From Glaucostegus cemiculus (Eukaryota): a DNA stretch of 64,000 bases. The notes under the pieces were generated by a model. The model was not told where the DNA came from and searched no databases. It saw only the letters and a list, made by a program, of their open reading frames with translations. The position numbers were made by a program, and so were the translations under genes. Below are positions 24,545-38,229 of this stretch, piece after piece. Location: contig CDPCPM010000022.1 in assembly GCA_976551045.1 (NCBI GenBank), positions 14,756,001 to 14,820,000 on the forward strand. The letters are read 5' to 3'. The stretch's first letter is position 1. Every line of letters starts with the position of its first letter.

Positions 24545-24830
24545 ATAATGACAGCATTTATTGTCTGTCTCTAAACCAAGGTGGAGTTTATTGCTCAATC
24601 ACATTGATAAGTCTTGAATCACAGAGACCAGACCAGGCAAGGATGACTGATTTCCTGTCCTGAAGAACATTGGTGAATCAGATGAGTTTTATAACCATCC
24701 AGTAGTTTCATGTTTTACAATACTGAGTCCACCTTTATTTATTCAAATTACTGATTTATTGAATCAAATGAGATTAAATTCCCCTAATGCCAAGGATTTG
24801 AACTCATATCACTGAATCAATGGTCCAACA
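24545..24830 (-). mobile_element. Old tRNA-derived SINE remnant
   Basis: B-box-like GAGTTCAAATCC on the minus strand near 24794-24805; body resembles the plus-strand remnant at 42450-42625. Confidence 0.45.
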
Positions 24831-25149
24831 CCCCTTGTTGCCTGAAATATATTTAAATGTGTTTTTTTTAAAAAAGCTTGAGATTATTCAGTTTCACCTT
24901 ATCTACAACAAATTTCATGAACCCTCCATTTTCACAATGTGGTGTGGCTGTTAGTCAAAAATCCAGTTCTGGACGACCCACAGTTACTTGCAATCAAACA
25001 TTTCAATTGAACTTTGCAAAGACCAACCTAACTGTTCTCAGTCTCCATGACAAATTCTGTTCCCTCACCACTGTTTCCATCGACCCGATGGCAAGTACAA
25101 ATTTCCGATCATATCTAATTCAGTGCTAAGCTTCCAACCTATTTACTGT

Positions 25150-25760
25150 TACAAATAGCATTCAATCCCACATCTGTAATGTCTCCAATCTACCTGCTGC
25201 TACAACTTTCATTCATATTTTACCACCTTCAAAGTGTATTCTAATATCCTCCTGGACATCCTCATAACTAAACTTTATAAATAAACTCACCCCAATGTCT
25301 AAAAGTCTTAATTTAATATTTATCAAATCTTATTTGCCCTTCACCTCCTGCTCCATTATTCACAAATACTGTTGGTTCCCCAATGCACCAAGATTTGAAT
25401 ATCTCCACACCCTCATCCTTGCCCCCATTTCAATTTTCTCCTTAAATGCAGTAACCCATCACAAATTCCACATTCCTTCAACCCCAGACTCTCTGCATTC
25501 TTCACTCCTTTCAACTAACTTTTGCTAAATATCCTATCATCAGCCTGGGTCCTTAACACTGGGAATCCCACCATCCTCACCTCCCACCAAAATCTCTCCA
25601 ACTCAGACACCTTTCTTGAAGCCCACATTAAACCTTGCCTCTGACCAATCCTCAAGACCTCAGTCCAACTATCTCTTCCCTTGATTCTGTATTCGCATGA
25701 AGCACCCAAGAATGTTTTCCTGGATGGTTGGCCATATATAAATGCAAATAATTGTTGATG
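25150..25760 (+). mobile_element. L2-like LINE 3' remnant
   Basis: Ends ...ATATATAAATGCAAATAATTGTTG, resembling an L2 3' terminus. Confidence 0.5.
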
Positions 25761-26204
25761 CTAAACAAATAGATTCATTAAAATGATTGTGTTAATGAAC
25801 TGAATCAGTCTTGGAATGAATAATCTGAAGCAAAGAGGGCAGAATACAAAGTGGAAGTGAAGAGTCAACGCTTTTGTTCTACTTTCTCTGTTCATAAATT
25901 TTGTGCTTTTCCATTTTATTATAATTTTGTGCTGACATATAAAGGGGTACTCTTTATATTTCTGTTTCCAACTCTAAGGAAACACAAAATCTGAGCACCT
26001 TTTAGACAAGCTGAGTATTAAGGCTTAGGTTAAACACTAAACTGGATAAGAAAATTTAATCTGTTCAGTATTCTTTGACAGTCTGAAAGAAGAAACACCA
26101 AATGTTTAATGAATTTCTAAAAGCTTCCTCTGATAGTGATAAAATTCTCTATCTATTTGCTCCATCAATTATGCTACATCTTTTATTCTAGAGAATAGGT
26201 TGTC

Positions 26205-29200
26205 TACAGTTATAATCAGATCTATATCAACTAGGAAAGTGGGTCAAAGAATGGCAGAAGGAATTTAACTTGGAAAAGTATGACGTGATGCATTTTGGGA
26301 AGTTAAACCAGGGCCAGACATGCACAGTAAATGCCAGGGCCCTGAGGAGTGTTGGAGAACAGAGAGACCCAGGACTACAAGTACATAATTCCCTGAAAGT
26401 GGCGACACAGGTAGACAAGATAGTGAAGAAGGCATTTAGCACATTTGATTTCATCAGATGGAGCACTGAGACTTCATGTTACAGCTGTATAAGTTGTTGG
26501 TGAGACTGCACATGAAAGTTCTGGTTGCCATATTATCGAAAGGATGTGATTAAGCTAGAAATGATTCACAAGGAATTTGCCACGACTGGAGGGCTTAAGC
26601 TATGAAGAGAGACTGGATAGCTGGGATTGTTTTCCCTGGAGCAAAGGCAGCTGAGGGGTGACATTATAGAGGTTTATAAAATCCTGAGGGACATAGATAA
26701 GATAGATTGTCACAGTATTTTCCCCCAAGGTTTGGGGAGTCTAAAACTAGGGGGCACAAGTTTAAAGTGGGGGGAGGGGTTAAGGGGGACATGAGAAGCA
26801 AGATCTTCCACACAGAGGGTTGTGGGTATATGGAACAAGTTGCCAGAGGAAGTGGTAGAAGCAGGTAAAAGACGTTTGGACAGATATATGAATAGAACAA
26901 AGAACACTACAACACAGTACAGGCCCATCAGCCCATAATGTTGTGCAGACATTTTGTCCTGCTCTAGGATCTATCTAATGCTTCCCTCCCACATAGCCCT
27001 CTAGTTTTCTATCATTCATGTGTCTATCTAAGAGTCTCTTATACGTCCCTAATATATCTGCCTCCACAACCTCTGCAGGCAGTGCGTTCCACACACCCAC
27101 CACCCTCTGTGTAAAAAACTTACCCCTGACATCCCCCTTATACCTTCCTCCAATCACCTTAAAATTATGTCCCCTCCTGTTAGCCATTGTCGCACTCAGA
27201 TAAAGTCTCTGACTGCCCACTCCATCTATGCCTCTTATCATCTTGTACACCTTACATCCTCCTTCTCTCCAAAGAGTAAAGCCCTAGCTCGCTCAACCTA
27301 GCTCCATAAGAAATGTTGTCCAATCCAGGCAACATCCTGAAAAATCTCCTTTGCACTCTCTCTAAAGCTTCCACATCCTTCCTATAATGAGGCGACCAGA
27401 ACTGAACAGAAGACTCCCAAGTGTGGTATGACCACAGTTCTATAGAGCTGCAACATCACCTCGCGGCTCTTGAACTCAATACCCTGACTAATGAAGGCCA
27501 ACACTCCACAAGCCCTCTTAACAATCCTATCAACCTGCGTGACAACCTTGAGGGATCTATGCACATGGACCCCAAGACCCCTCTGTTCCTCCACACACTG
27601 CTAAGAATCCTGCCATTAGCCTTGTATTCTGCCTTCAAATTTGATCTCCCAAAGTGTATCACTTCACACTTATCTGGGTTGAACTCCATCTCCATCAGAC
27701 CAGCTCTGCATCCTATCAATATCCTGTGGTAATCTACAGCAACCTTCTGCATTATCCACAACACCACCAACCTTCATATCATCAGCAAACTTACTACCCC
27801 ACCCTTCCACATCCTCATTCAAGTCATTTATAAAAACCACAAAGAGCAGGGGTCCCATAACAGATCCCTGCAGAACACCACTGGTCACTGACGTCCAGGC
27901 AGAATATGCTCCATCTACCATCACCCTCTGGCACCTGTGGGCCAGCCAATTCTGAAACCACACAGCCAAGTTTCCCTGGATCTCATGCCTCCTGACTTTC
28001 TGAATGAGCCTTCCATGAGGAACCTTATCAAACGCCTTACTAAAATCCATGTACACAACATCCACTGCTCAACCTTCATCAATGTGCTTTGTGACATCCT
28101 CAAAGAATTCAATTAGGCTTATAAGGCACGACCTGCCTCTCACAAAGCCACGCTGACTGTCCCAAATCAGCCTATGCTTCTCTAAATGCCACAAATCCTG
28201 TCTCTAAGAATTTTCTCCAGTAATTTGCCCACCACTGAAATAAGACTCACTGGTCTGTAATTCCCAGGGTTATCCCTACTCCCTTTCTTATACAAAGAAA
28301 CAACATTTGCCACCCTCCATTCATCTGGCACTACACCTGTGACCAGTGAGGATGCAAAGATCATCGCCAAAGGCACAGCAATCTCTTCCCTTGCTTCCCG
28401 TAATAACCTTGGATATATCCCATCCGGCCCCAGTGACTTATCTATCCTAATATTTTTCAATAGTTCCAGCACATCCTCTTTCCTCATGTTGACATGTCCT
28501 AGCATATTAGTCTGTCGTATGCCATCCTCACAAACGTCAAGATCTCTCTCTCTGGTGAATACTGAAGCAAAGCATTCATTAAGGACCTCCCCTACCTCTT
28601 TCATCTCCAGGCACATATTTCCTCTTTTATCACTGATCGGTCTTACCCTCACTCTAGTCATCCTCCTATTCTTCATATACGTGTAGAATGTCTTGGGGTT
28701 TACCTAGATCCGACTCACCAAGGACCTCTTACTCCCCCTTCCAGCTCTCCTAAGTCCATTCTTAAGCTCCCTCCTGGCTACCTTGTAACTCTCCAGAGCC
28801 CTGTCTGATCCATGCTTCCTAAATCTTAGGTAAGCTTCTTTCTTCCTCTTGACGAGATATTCTACATCTTGTGTCAACCACGGTCCCTTCACTTTCCAAT
28901 CCTTACCCTGCCTCAATTGGTTAAGCCTATCCAGAGCTCCATGCAAGTATTCCTTAAACAACCTCCAAATTTCCACTGTGCACTTCCCCAAGAATATCTG
29001 TTCCCAATTTACGCTCCCAAGTTCCTGCCTAATAGCATCATAATTCCCCCTCCCCCAGTTAAATACTTTCCCGCATTGTCTGCTCCTATCCCTCTCTAAG
29101 GCTTTGGTTAAGGTCAAGGAGTTATGGTCACTATCTCCAAAATGCTCTCCCACCAAGAAATCTGAAACCTGATCAGGCTCATTGCTTAGTACCAGGTCCA

Positions 29201-29360
29201 GTATGGTCTCTCCTCTAGTCAGCCTGTCCACACACCAGGAAGGATAGGAATAGTTGAGAGAGATGAGCCCAAGGAAGGCAAGTGGGACCAATTCACCTTG
29301 GTCTGCATGGGCAAGCTGGGCTGAAGGGCCTGTTTCTGTGCTGTATGGCTTTATTACTCT
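26205..29360 (+). mobile_element. CR1 3' fragment (26205-26895 and 29241-29360) hosting a younger antisense CR1
   Basis: YDVMHFGK, VHNSLKVATQVD; the 3' UTR continues after 29241 (GGGCTGAAGGGCCTGTTTCTGTGCTGTATG). Confidence 0.8.
26896..29240 (-). mobile_element. 5'-truncated CR1 LINE ORF2 (frameshifted)
   Basis: ILDLVL, GDSDHN (endonuclease end), KSLGPDGIYPRLL, NYRPVSL, MDFSKAFDKVPH, QGSVMGPLLF, KFADD across several frames. Confidence 0.92.
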
Positions 29361-30559
29361 GGAATTTTATAAGAATGGACCACTATTTCATTAAAGTTAG
29401 GGAAAGCCTTAAAAGCATTACAACAGAATGTGTGAAAAAAAATTTGCATTAAGCTTTTAGGAAAACTCAAGTTTTGGTGCCAGATACTCGTGAATTTATT
29501 AGCATTCAACCCAACACAGATTATTTACTTAACACCTTTGGACAATATTTCTCTCAAAAGGATTCTTGATAACAGCAAATGTGCTTTATATAGCACAACA
29601 GTTTATACACAAAACCAAGTCAATTTCAGTTGGAGGTAGGAGGGAAATTCTCAATCCACCCAAAAGAAACCTCTCATTATCCCAAATCATCTTAATTTCA
29701 GTGACGTGCATCTATGATTACTTAACTTGGCCATCAGCAGTAAGAAAAACTCCATAGGAATGTTGACTATGATTTTGAATACATGCTGTTTGTGGCCAAG
29801 GTATTTTACGGCAGGCAGAGACTTGGTAAAAAATATGCTATTGAATGTTGAAACTTGCAAATTCCACAACATGAGAAAATGTCAACAACAGCTAGGAAAG
29901 CACAAAAATAAAACTGAATTGGAAATATCTGTAAATACATATTACAGCTTCTTTGATATCTTCCACAAGTCACCCAATACTTAAAAGGTTTACTTAACTG
30001 AACCACTCCATAAGCTGGAGTATTTACCAATAATTTTTACATCTACCAATAATTTTTCAGCCAATTCCCATTGTCATTGTGCAACAAATCTATGCAGATA
30101 GGATGTAAATTCAATATTTGACTGCTCAAGGGAACATAAATGGTCGTATTGAACAGAATAGGTTCTCACAAAGGGTCTTCAACCTGAAACATTAATTTTA
30201 ACTGTTTTCTTTTCTGCTAAATGTTTCCAGTATTTCATTTTTATTTCAGATTCCTCCATTTTGGACAATGTTTATTCCCTCAATCAATCTCAGCAAAAAC
30301 TGCTCCTTTATTCAATGAAGATTCAAAATAATTTTGGATTAAGACAACCAGTGTAGGATGCTTTTAAAAATTCTTAGAAAGTTATTACTGCATGGCACAC
30401 AGCTGGTAGTTGCTATTTGGTAAACATTAGCTTATCCTCTCTTGGACCTGGTTCAAATCTCGTCCAGGATGATGGGATAAATTAGGTTCCTTGTGAAGTG
30501 AATTTGACCAATCTCCATCTAATTCCCAAGGTACCCAACTAAAAGGAAATTTATAATAA

Positions 30560-30800
30560 GCAACACACAAAGGTGTTGGAGGAACTCAGCGGGACAGTCG
30601 ACGTTTTGGTGTGAGACCCCCTCATCTGGACTAGAAAGAAAGTGGGGAGATAGCTGGTATAAAATGTGGAGTGTAGGGGTGGAGCAAGAGCTGGCAGGTG
30701 ATACTTGGATCCAGGTGATGGGGAGGTGGGGTGATAGACAGATGAGGGAGGGAGGAGAGTGGGAATAATGTCAGAATCTGGGAGGTAACAGGTGGAATCA
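30560..30800 (-). mobile_element. Penelope-like terminal fragment
   Basis: GTTGGAGGAACTCAGCGGG...GTCGACGTTTTGG..GAGACCC..TCATCTGG plus a purine-rich tract complementary to 22550-22700. Confidence 0.65.
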
Positions 30801-33416
30801 CCTATAATTTATAAATTATGCTTATTTATAATAAAAAAATGAAATTTATTATAACTGATGAGAAAAATAAGACTTCACTACACTGGTGCTCCATTGAATA
30901 GTGGTCATACACAGAACAGCAACTGATCTGTGAACAATATGCAACAACAACATAGCCAAAATTTAAGTGCTTTAATCCCAAATTTAAGCACTGCTTACTG
31001 GGTCCAAGTAATTTTAATTCTCACTCCTCATTTAAATGGTGCACTAAGCTAAAGCCAACATCAATGCTTCCGATGGGATGGAGAAGTAGCAGGAGGAGGA
31101 TGCCACGGATCCAATGAGATCCCAGTTGGGAGAAAAGGGAATGCTGGTAATGGGAGAGGGGGGATAAATTCAAATGGTGATCTGCATGATAGATTTAGAA
31201 GCAGAGAGCAGCTTCCCAAAGCTAAAATCAACCACTTCTTCCTTTCTTTTCCTGAAGTCCAAACCTAACCTCATTCAATATTGAAACATCTGCTTTAACT
31301 GGCAAGAATGGTGTGGGGGATGCTGGCCAAATGTATGAGAGGAATGGGAATTCCTCTTTTTATCCCCCATTTCCCTTAGCTAGGGGCACAGAACCACTCC
31401 ATCATTAACCATCTGCGATCAGCTTAGTTAGCACTGAGCAGGAAATGAACCTGACCCAGCTTACAGGGGTTAGACACAGCCATTAATTCAACTGGGATCT
31501 CAGCAGAGACATACACAAGGATCAAATCACTCACTGGGCAACCTAGGATCAATATGTGATCAACCTTTTGGAAGCCTCTCACAAATTGACACAATTCTAA
31601 ACATATGAAGTAACTCATTAGTCCACTATTGCTCAATCTGTTATAAATCCATTAACCCTGTACTGACCTATACTGGCTAATGCAGAGGGGCTTGGATGAA
31701 AAAGTGTCTCCAGAGAATCACAAAGTATTATTTTTAGATGTTACCATGGATAATAGTTATTTCAAGGGAATCTGGCAAAATGTAAATTATTATGTCCTTG
31801 TTGATTCTTTAATTCTGATTGTTAACCAGGCTTTTGTTTTAAGCACACAAACACAACGTTCATAATTTTGTCATAAACAACAAAGAGAAACTTCTCCACT
31901 CATGATCCTTGTCCCTTAGTTGTCTTTGCAAAGTATTTTTTTAAGAACAGATTTGTTGCCTTGCAACTTAAAACAACTCTTAATTACTTAAACTTACTAC
32001 AGTAAGATATGGAGGCGGTTGATGTGAATCATTCTCAAGCAATGAACATCTGCACAAATTGACATTTAGAATCAATTCTGTTATTGTTCTAAAAAAGCTC
32101 CAAGAGTCCATTGCAGCATAATGATATCACACAATTAAAAGAATAGCCTATGTTTCATGTAGGACAGCTGAACTTACTGAGTTACAATTACTGCAAGTAT
32201 AGACAGATCTTGTTGGTATTTATTTCACTCAAACTGAAACACCTACAAATAACATCTAGGCAATGATACGGGCTCACCTTACACAATAATCCAACATGTT
32301 TCCAGAAAATAAATGAATGTAATTATAACTCACCAGTAGCCTAGATGTAGCTGTCTGTCCGAGAAAATTCATTGTTTAATATTTCACGCTTTGAAGGACT
32401 ATTGCACTTTGAAGATTTTCAGACATTAAAACAGACCTTTACTTGTCAGGACATTGATTCCAATGTTCCTTATCCAGTAGGTCCCTGTAAGTATCATATT
32501 ACACTTCAACTTATGCTTAAGTATTGTGAAGAATTGACACAGCTTTATATCATTACAATCCTTGTTATCAAGAATCATGACAACAAATCCCCCTTTGTCT
32601 CATTCCACATGACTGGGAAAATAATCTTCTGAGTTTGGAGGAAGAGAAAATAAAATTAAACACCCAGTAGCTAGGTGTTTTACAAAATGATAAAAAAAAA
32701 TCCACCCTACACTATGGGGAACATATCAATATGACTGTAAACATTACAAAGCACAGCAAATTGTACTTTGATAACTTCATGTTCCACCATAACATTAAAC
32801 TTTGAAACAACAACCACCCAGAGCAAAGTATCACATAAATAGCACACGACAACTCAAAAGCCAAAGTACATTGATCAATTACGATTTAACATACCAAGGT
32901 TGTGAACTCCAGCAATAAAAGGTGGCCCCAGCAGGAAAGAATTCAAAAGAGAAATTAAACTGACATGGAACCAATAAATTTTAACTCTGAAATCCAAGCG
33001 ACACCAAATCTCAAAACTTATTTATGCCACTTTCCAATATCATTGTTCAAATAATCTTGAGGGGACATATCAGGTTAGAGCTAAAGCAGAATAACCATGT
33101 TCCCAATACTAATTATCATAAAATATTAAAATTACAAAGATCTTGCCTGTGTGTGTGCTTGTGTGATTTATAAATGAGCACTGCCTATGAAAGTGATCTA
33201 ATTATCACTTCCCACTAGACATGGTGCTGTTGTACCTTCACTTTGCATCTCCCAGCTCCTTAGTCTGCATTCATAAACATTATTTCTTTTCCTGCTTCTC
33301 AAAATGTAGTATTTTTTTGCCATTTAATTGTAGTAACAAAGTATTAAATAAAGATACAATGTACATCTTCAAGATAGGGAGTAGATCACAATGTCAGACT
33401 ATGCCTTGACTACTTA

Positions 33417-33965
33417 TTACACTCTTCTTCGTAGGCGGTCCCTCAGGATCAAGGAATATTTGCTGCCACTCCAGTTTTGAGGATTTTGAGGTGACTCATA
33501 AAGCCAATGTGGGAACTGTAGACTCTTCCATAGATGGGGTAGGAGGTGCCTGTTGGATGGGCAAGTGCTGTGTTCCTTCTGCTGTTTGTGTAAAGCTGCT
33601 TTGAACCATAGATTTGAGGTTACCAATACCCAAAAGCTACTTCTCCAATTTGAGTGGACAGGGGCCAGAGATTTCCAGAGGTCACTTGGGAATGCTGCAT
33701 TTCTTTCTTTGAGTACTCCCTTGAATCTTTTCCTCTGTCTGCATGTTAATCATTTCCCATGACAGAGTCAGATGTCAGCTTCGGGAGCTGGAGTCCAGCA
33801 TATGAGTAACATGCCCTGCCCAGTGGGGATGACTGAACTTAATTAGGGCCTCAGTACTGAGGATGTTGATCTGGGAGAGGACATTGATGTTTGTCTGCTT
33901 ATCTTTCCAATGAATTTGGAGAATTCTGCACAGACAACATTGGTGGCATCTTTCCAATACTTTAG
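33417..33965 (-). mobile_element. RTE-clade LINE 3' fragment
   Basis: ERCHQCCLCRILQIHWKDKQTN...HWAGHVTHM resembles the RTE ORF C-terminus. Confidence 0.75.
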
Positions 33966-34231
33966 ACTATCTGCTATTTCCAATCCAAGTCTCAAGAGAT
34001 ATATGTATTGTCAGTGTTGTTTGTGGACATAATTTTGATCCACAAACTTCATTGCTCTGACTGCCTGTCAAATGTCTGTGCACAGATTTAGCACTTACTA
34101 CATTAATTTCCCTGTAATCTGTTGTCTCTTATTTTTGATGAATTAAATCACCAAAAATAGATTGTCATGAGGATTTTATCCATAATTTTTGTCAGTAGCA
34201 TAAATTAGTATGTTGGTAATGCATTAAACTA

Positions 34232-34294
34232 CATTAAAGATTCAGTTACTGTAAAGGTAACTGAATCTTTAATGAAGACTTCAGCCTGAAGTCT
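34232..34294. repeat. Two adjacent perfect inverted repeats (18 bp and 9 bp)
   Basis: CATTAAAGATTCAGTTAC-tgtaaag-GTAACTGAATCTTTAATG; AGACTTCAG-c-CTGAAGTCT. Confidence 0.92.
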
Positions 34295-35194
34295 GGGTAT
34301 AAAAGTGGTAATGTGGATTGGACACCTGAAAAGGAGGGAATGAAAACAACTTAATGAAAATGTTGTTGTAGCTTTAGTTGGCATCTGAAATTATGTTAAC
34401 CTGAAAATGATAAAGGAGCAGGAAAAATGAAAACGAGGAAAAGAGCAGCAAAAGAGACAAAAAGGTGTAAAGGAAAAGAGATTTTATTCCAATTTAAATT
34501 CTTGGAAATGAACTGAATGTTGAAAGCAAGTAAAAAGCCAATGTCATCTGTGTTTTATTGTTGGAAATGCACATTTTAATTACTGACAACAGGGAGATTT
34601 ATCTTGTGCTCTAATCACAAACAGGAAATCTAAGACTTTCAGAGATCTTTCAGAAAGTCACAAATCAGCGCTGCCAGACATTTCACATCCCCTTTCCCCT
34701 GTGGTTTAATTGACAAGCAAATGCTGGCAAACTCCAAAATCATTCTCCATTGTTCTGTCAAATCCCCAGTTGCATCACCTGCACCAGTAAACTTCAAGCA
34801 CTCATTCTAGAGACGTCAGAAGCCAAGGGCCCAACTGCAGGTGAACTCCAGTTGCACAGCCAATACTTCCAAAAACACTAAAACCAATTCAGTTGGTGTT
34901 ATTTGTTTACCATCTTGCTGATTGCTCTCATAAATAAAATCAACAATTTTAAAATAAAAATTCAAGGAATAGAAATTATACAAGTCATATTAATAAATAA
35001 AATAAAATACTTATGATCAAGGCCACTCACTTACAAATGTCAGAGTATTTCCTAAATCTCTGTTAACAGCAGTGGATCAAAAAATCAAATGTTATATGCA
35101 AAGCACTGTAACTGATGTTGATTTCTTTTGTTTTACAATAAGACCTTAAGTGCCAGAAGCACTTACCAATGTTAAGTTTGGACTTAAAAACCTA

Positions 35195-35900
35195 AAAAAT
35201 AGAAGCAAGAGTAGGCTGTTTGGCCCTCATGCTTGCTCCATTGCTCAAAAAGATCATGACTGATCTTTTACCTCAGCACTGCTTTTCTGCACTAGCCCTA
35301 CACCCTTGATTCCTTTAATGTCCAAAAATCCAACAATCTGTCTTGGATAGACCAAGCAACTAAGAATCCAAATATACTTGTAGTGAGAGTTTAGAAACTC
35401 ACCAACCTCTGGATAAAGGAATCTCATCTCAGTTTTTAATGAAACAAACCCTTTATTGTGCGACTCTGGATCCTGGTTCTGGACACCACAGCCAGAGGCC
35501 ACATCGTCCCTGCAGCTATCTTGTTGTATTCTGTACAATTCAATGAGACCACTCACTGGGCCTACACTCCCTAAACTCAAGAGACAGTAGGCCCAGTCTG
35601 CCCAATCCCTCCTCATGTGATAAACCAAAGCAGAGATCAATCTGTGAACCCATGTTGTACTCCCTCAAACATTACCATGCCCCTTTTTAAATAGGGTGAC
35701 CAGATCTATTCATAATATTTTCAGTGCATTTTCATCAGGACCACAATAATTTCAATAAAATGTCTCAATTCTTCTAAAGGAATCCTGAATTAGAAGCAAC
35801 ACACTATTTTATTGCTTGCATGCATGTTAACTTTTAGCAATGTGTGCAAGGATACCCTGGACCTTCTGAACACCAACACTCTTCTATCTCTCACCATTTT
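35195..35900 (-). mobile_element. Degenerate CR1 3' fragment
   Basis: CR1-like tail (ATAGAAGCAAGAGTAGGC) and decayed ORF2 C-terminus on the minus strand. Confidence 0.6.
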
Positions 35901-35974
35901 ACCAGGATTATTCAAATCCAGACCACATTGCAAACTTAGTTAAAAACAGATACAATAGCTCAGTGCCAGAGGTG

Positions 35975-36252
35975 AGATACAGTGATTTCTCTTATAGCAT
36001 AACGCTATTAGAGGCACCAGCAACCCGGGTTCAATTCTGGCTACTGTTTGTAAGGAGTTTGCACGTTCTCCCTGTGTCTGCATAGGTTTCCTCCCATATT
36101 GCAAAGACGTACAGGTTAGGAGCCGTGGGCATTCTACATTGGTGCCGGAAGCGTGGTGATGCTTGTGGGCTGCTCCCCAGAACATTCTACGCAAAGGTGC
36201 ATTTGACTGTGTGTTTCGATATACATGTGACTAATAAAGAAATCATATCTTA
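35975..36252 (+). mobile_element. tRNA-derived V-SINE
   Basis: B-box GGGTTCAATTC; V-domain AGGAGTTTGCACGTTCTCCCTGTGTCTGC..GGTTTCCTCC; AATAAA tail. Confidence 0.8.
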
Positions 36253-37272
36253 TTTGAATGAGTCTGGCTTCAATATTTTAAGGTAAAAGTAAAATCCACG
36301 GAAATTCAAGGAAACCTCTACAAAATTTGGAGTCATGCCTGGTGCAAAGGATGTGATTGTGGATGCCAATAATATCAGCCCAAAACATGGTTATGAGAGT
36401 AAATTCTTATGCCCATCCATTTTCAGCTGCTTCTTCAATAACGTAACTTCCATCAGGAGGTCAGAATTGCAGACATTTAATGGTAATTGCATAGAGTTCA
36501 ATTCCACTTGGAACAGTTTGTTAATGAAGCATTCAGCAACATCTCGACAACATTCAAGCACGGACTGAATCGTGGCAAGGAATATTCACAGTAATCAAAT
36601 GCTAATTAACAACCACTCCCAGTAAGAATCTAATGACCAACATTTGGAATTCAATGCCATTAATATTATTAGTGATGATGATTTGTGATGCCCACATCCT
36701 AAGTAAGTAAATTTAGAAAAATATCAACATCAGCAACTGGAGACATAAATGGACCAACCACATGGATAACCTGGCTACAAGGTTAGGGGCTGGCCATTCT
36801 GGTATGCACATCCAATACTAATCTTCCCAGTGGATGTTTACATCCCATGAGAGAGCAAAAAACATAAAACAGTCAAACTTCAGGACTTCAAGAAATTTAC
36901 CCTTAATTCAGAAGGTCTTTTGTGACAAGTCCACCAAAATATATTAAAAATCTTGCATTTACATCATGTAGTTCTTTTATCAGCTTTCAGTGTCACAATT
37001 TTAATGTGAGCGATAAAAATGGAACAATTGATTCCCTACATCAAGCCTTATTAGTCATGTAACTGCTGTGTGAGTAACATTGGTGTAATGATTTTGATTG
37101 ATTTGATTTTTCAAGGGTTTTGACCATTTTTCTAATTTTGCTTCCCTAATTTGAGTTAGCTGGGACACCACCCTGCTATCTGATCCACCTGCACCATTCC
37201 ACTGACATTATCGACCTTCAGGTTAGTCTCCATGATTTCCCACCTATTCTGCTTTCCTGGGAGTCAGTAAGC

Positions 37273-37379
37273 TGGCAGGGATAAAGCTTGTGCAAACAGC
37301 CCACAATTTTTGCTTTACATTTTATCCCCCTAAGTAAAACAAAAATTGTGGGATATTTGCACAAGCTTTATCCCTGCCA
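37273..37379. repeat. 46-bp inverted repeat (43/46 matched), 15-nt loop
   Basis: Arms at 37273-37318 and 37334-37379. Confidence 0.93.
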
Positions 37380-38229
37380 TCCTAAGGATTCTATGTGTCC
37401 TACTCTTGAATGCACATTGGATTTAAAATCCAATAAGTGAAGGGCATCCCCAGGGAAACACAGATGCTTGTTCTGAACTCATGATATCCTACTGCAAGGT
37501 TAGGCAAACTTCTAAAGGTAGACTTAAGTGGCAGCCCTGACCAGAACTACAATGATGATTAAGTACACTATTTCAAATTAGGTTCGAATGGGTGAGTGAG
37601 AACAGGCTTTATAGTCACCATCACTGCTATAGTTTGACAATTAAGTTCACAGTGTATTTCACAGTGCATTTCACAGTGAGGGAAAAGTAATGAGTGAAAT
37701 TTTCCCTCATTCATAATGCAAGAAGATAATTCAGGCCAATTATAAACTTAATCTAGCTGGAACAGAATCCTCTTAACCAAATAATGGTTCATTAGGCAGT
37801 AACAGTCTTATCTGAAGCTAAGACTAATTGAACACAAAATCATTTTCCACTCTACTGTATACAGCATGGAAATATGGCCAATGGAACTGGAATGCTAGGA
37901 CTTGATGAGCAACAGTCACGTGGTTTTCCATGGAACCTTGTAGCACAAAACCATATAACGAACCTACAACAATATGTAGTCCAAAAGGAAACAGTAATCT
38001 TTTGACAATGCAGTTCAACATCATTGCATGCATGCAAATAATTTTTGTTCAATTAAATGCCTGTGCTCATGACTCCCACATTAGCATTCTGCATATAGCA
38101 GCATAAAAGGGGAAAATCAAAATTCCAGCATCGTCTGTTTTTCTCTCTAATGCTACTGCACTGACTACACATTCAGCAAGCTCCACTACAGTAAAAGAAA
38201 TACAACAGAGTCCAGGCAATGCTAGTTTC

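Noticed and set aside
37646-37678. TTCACAGTG repeated three times at 12-bp period
   Set aside because: Simple short tandem duplication; no spacers or associated genes, so not CRISPR-like.
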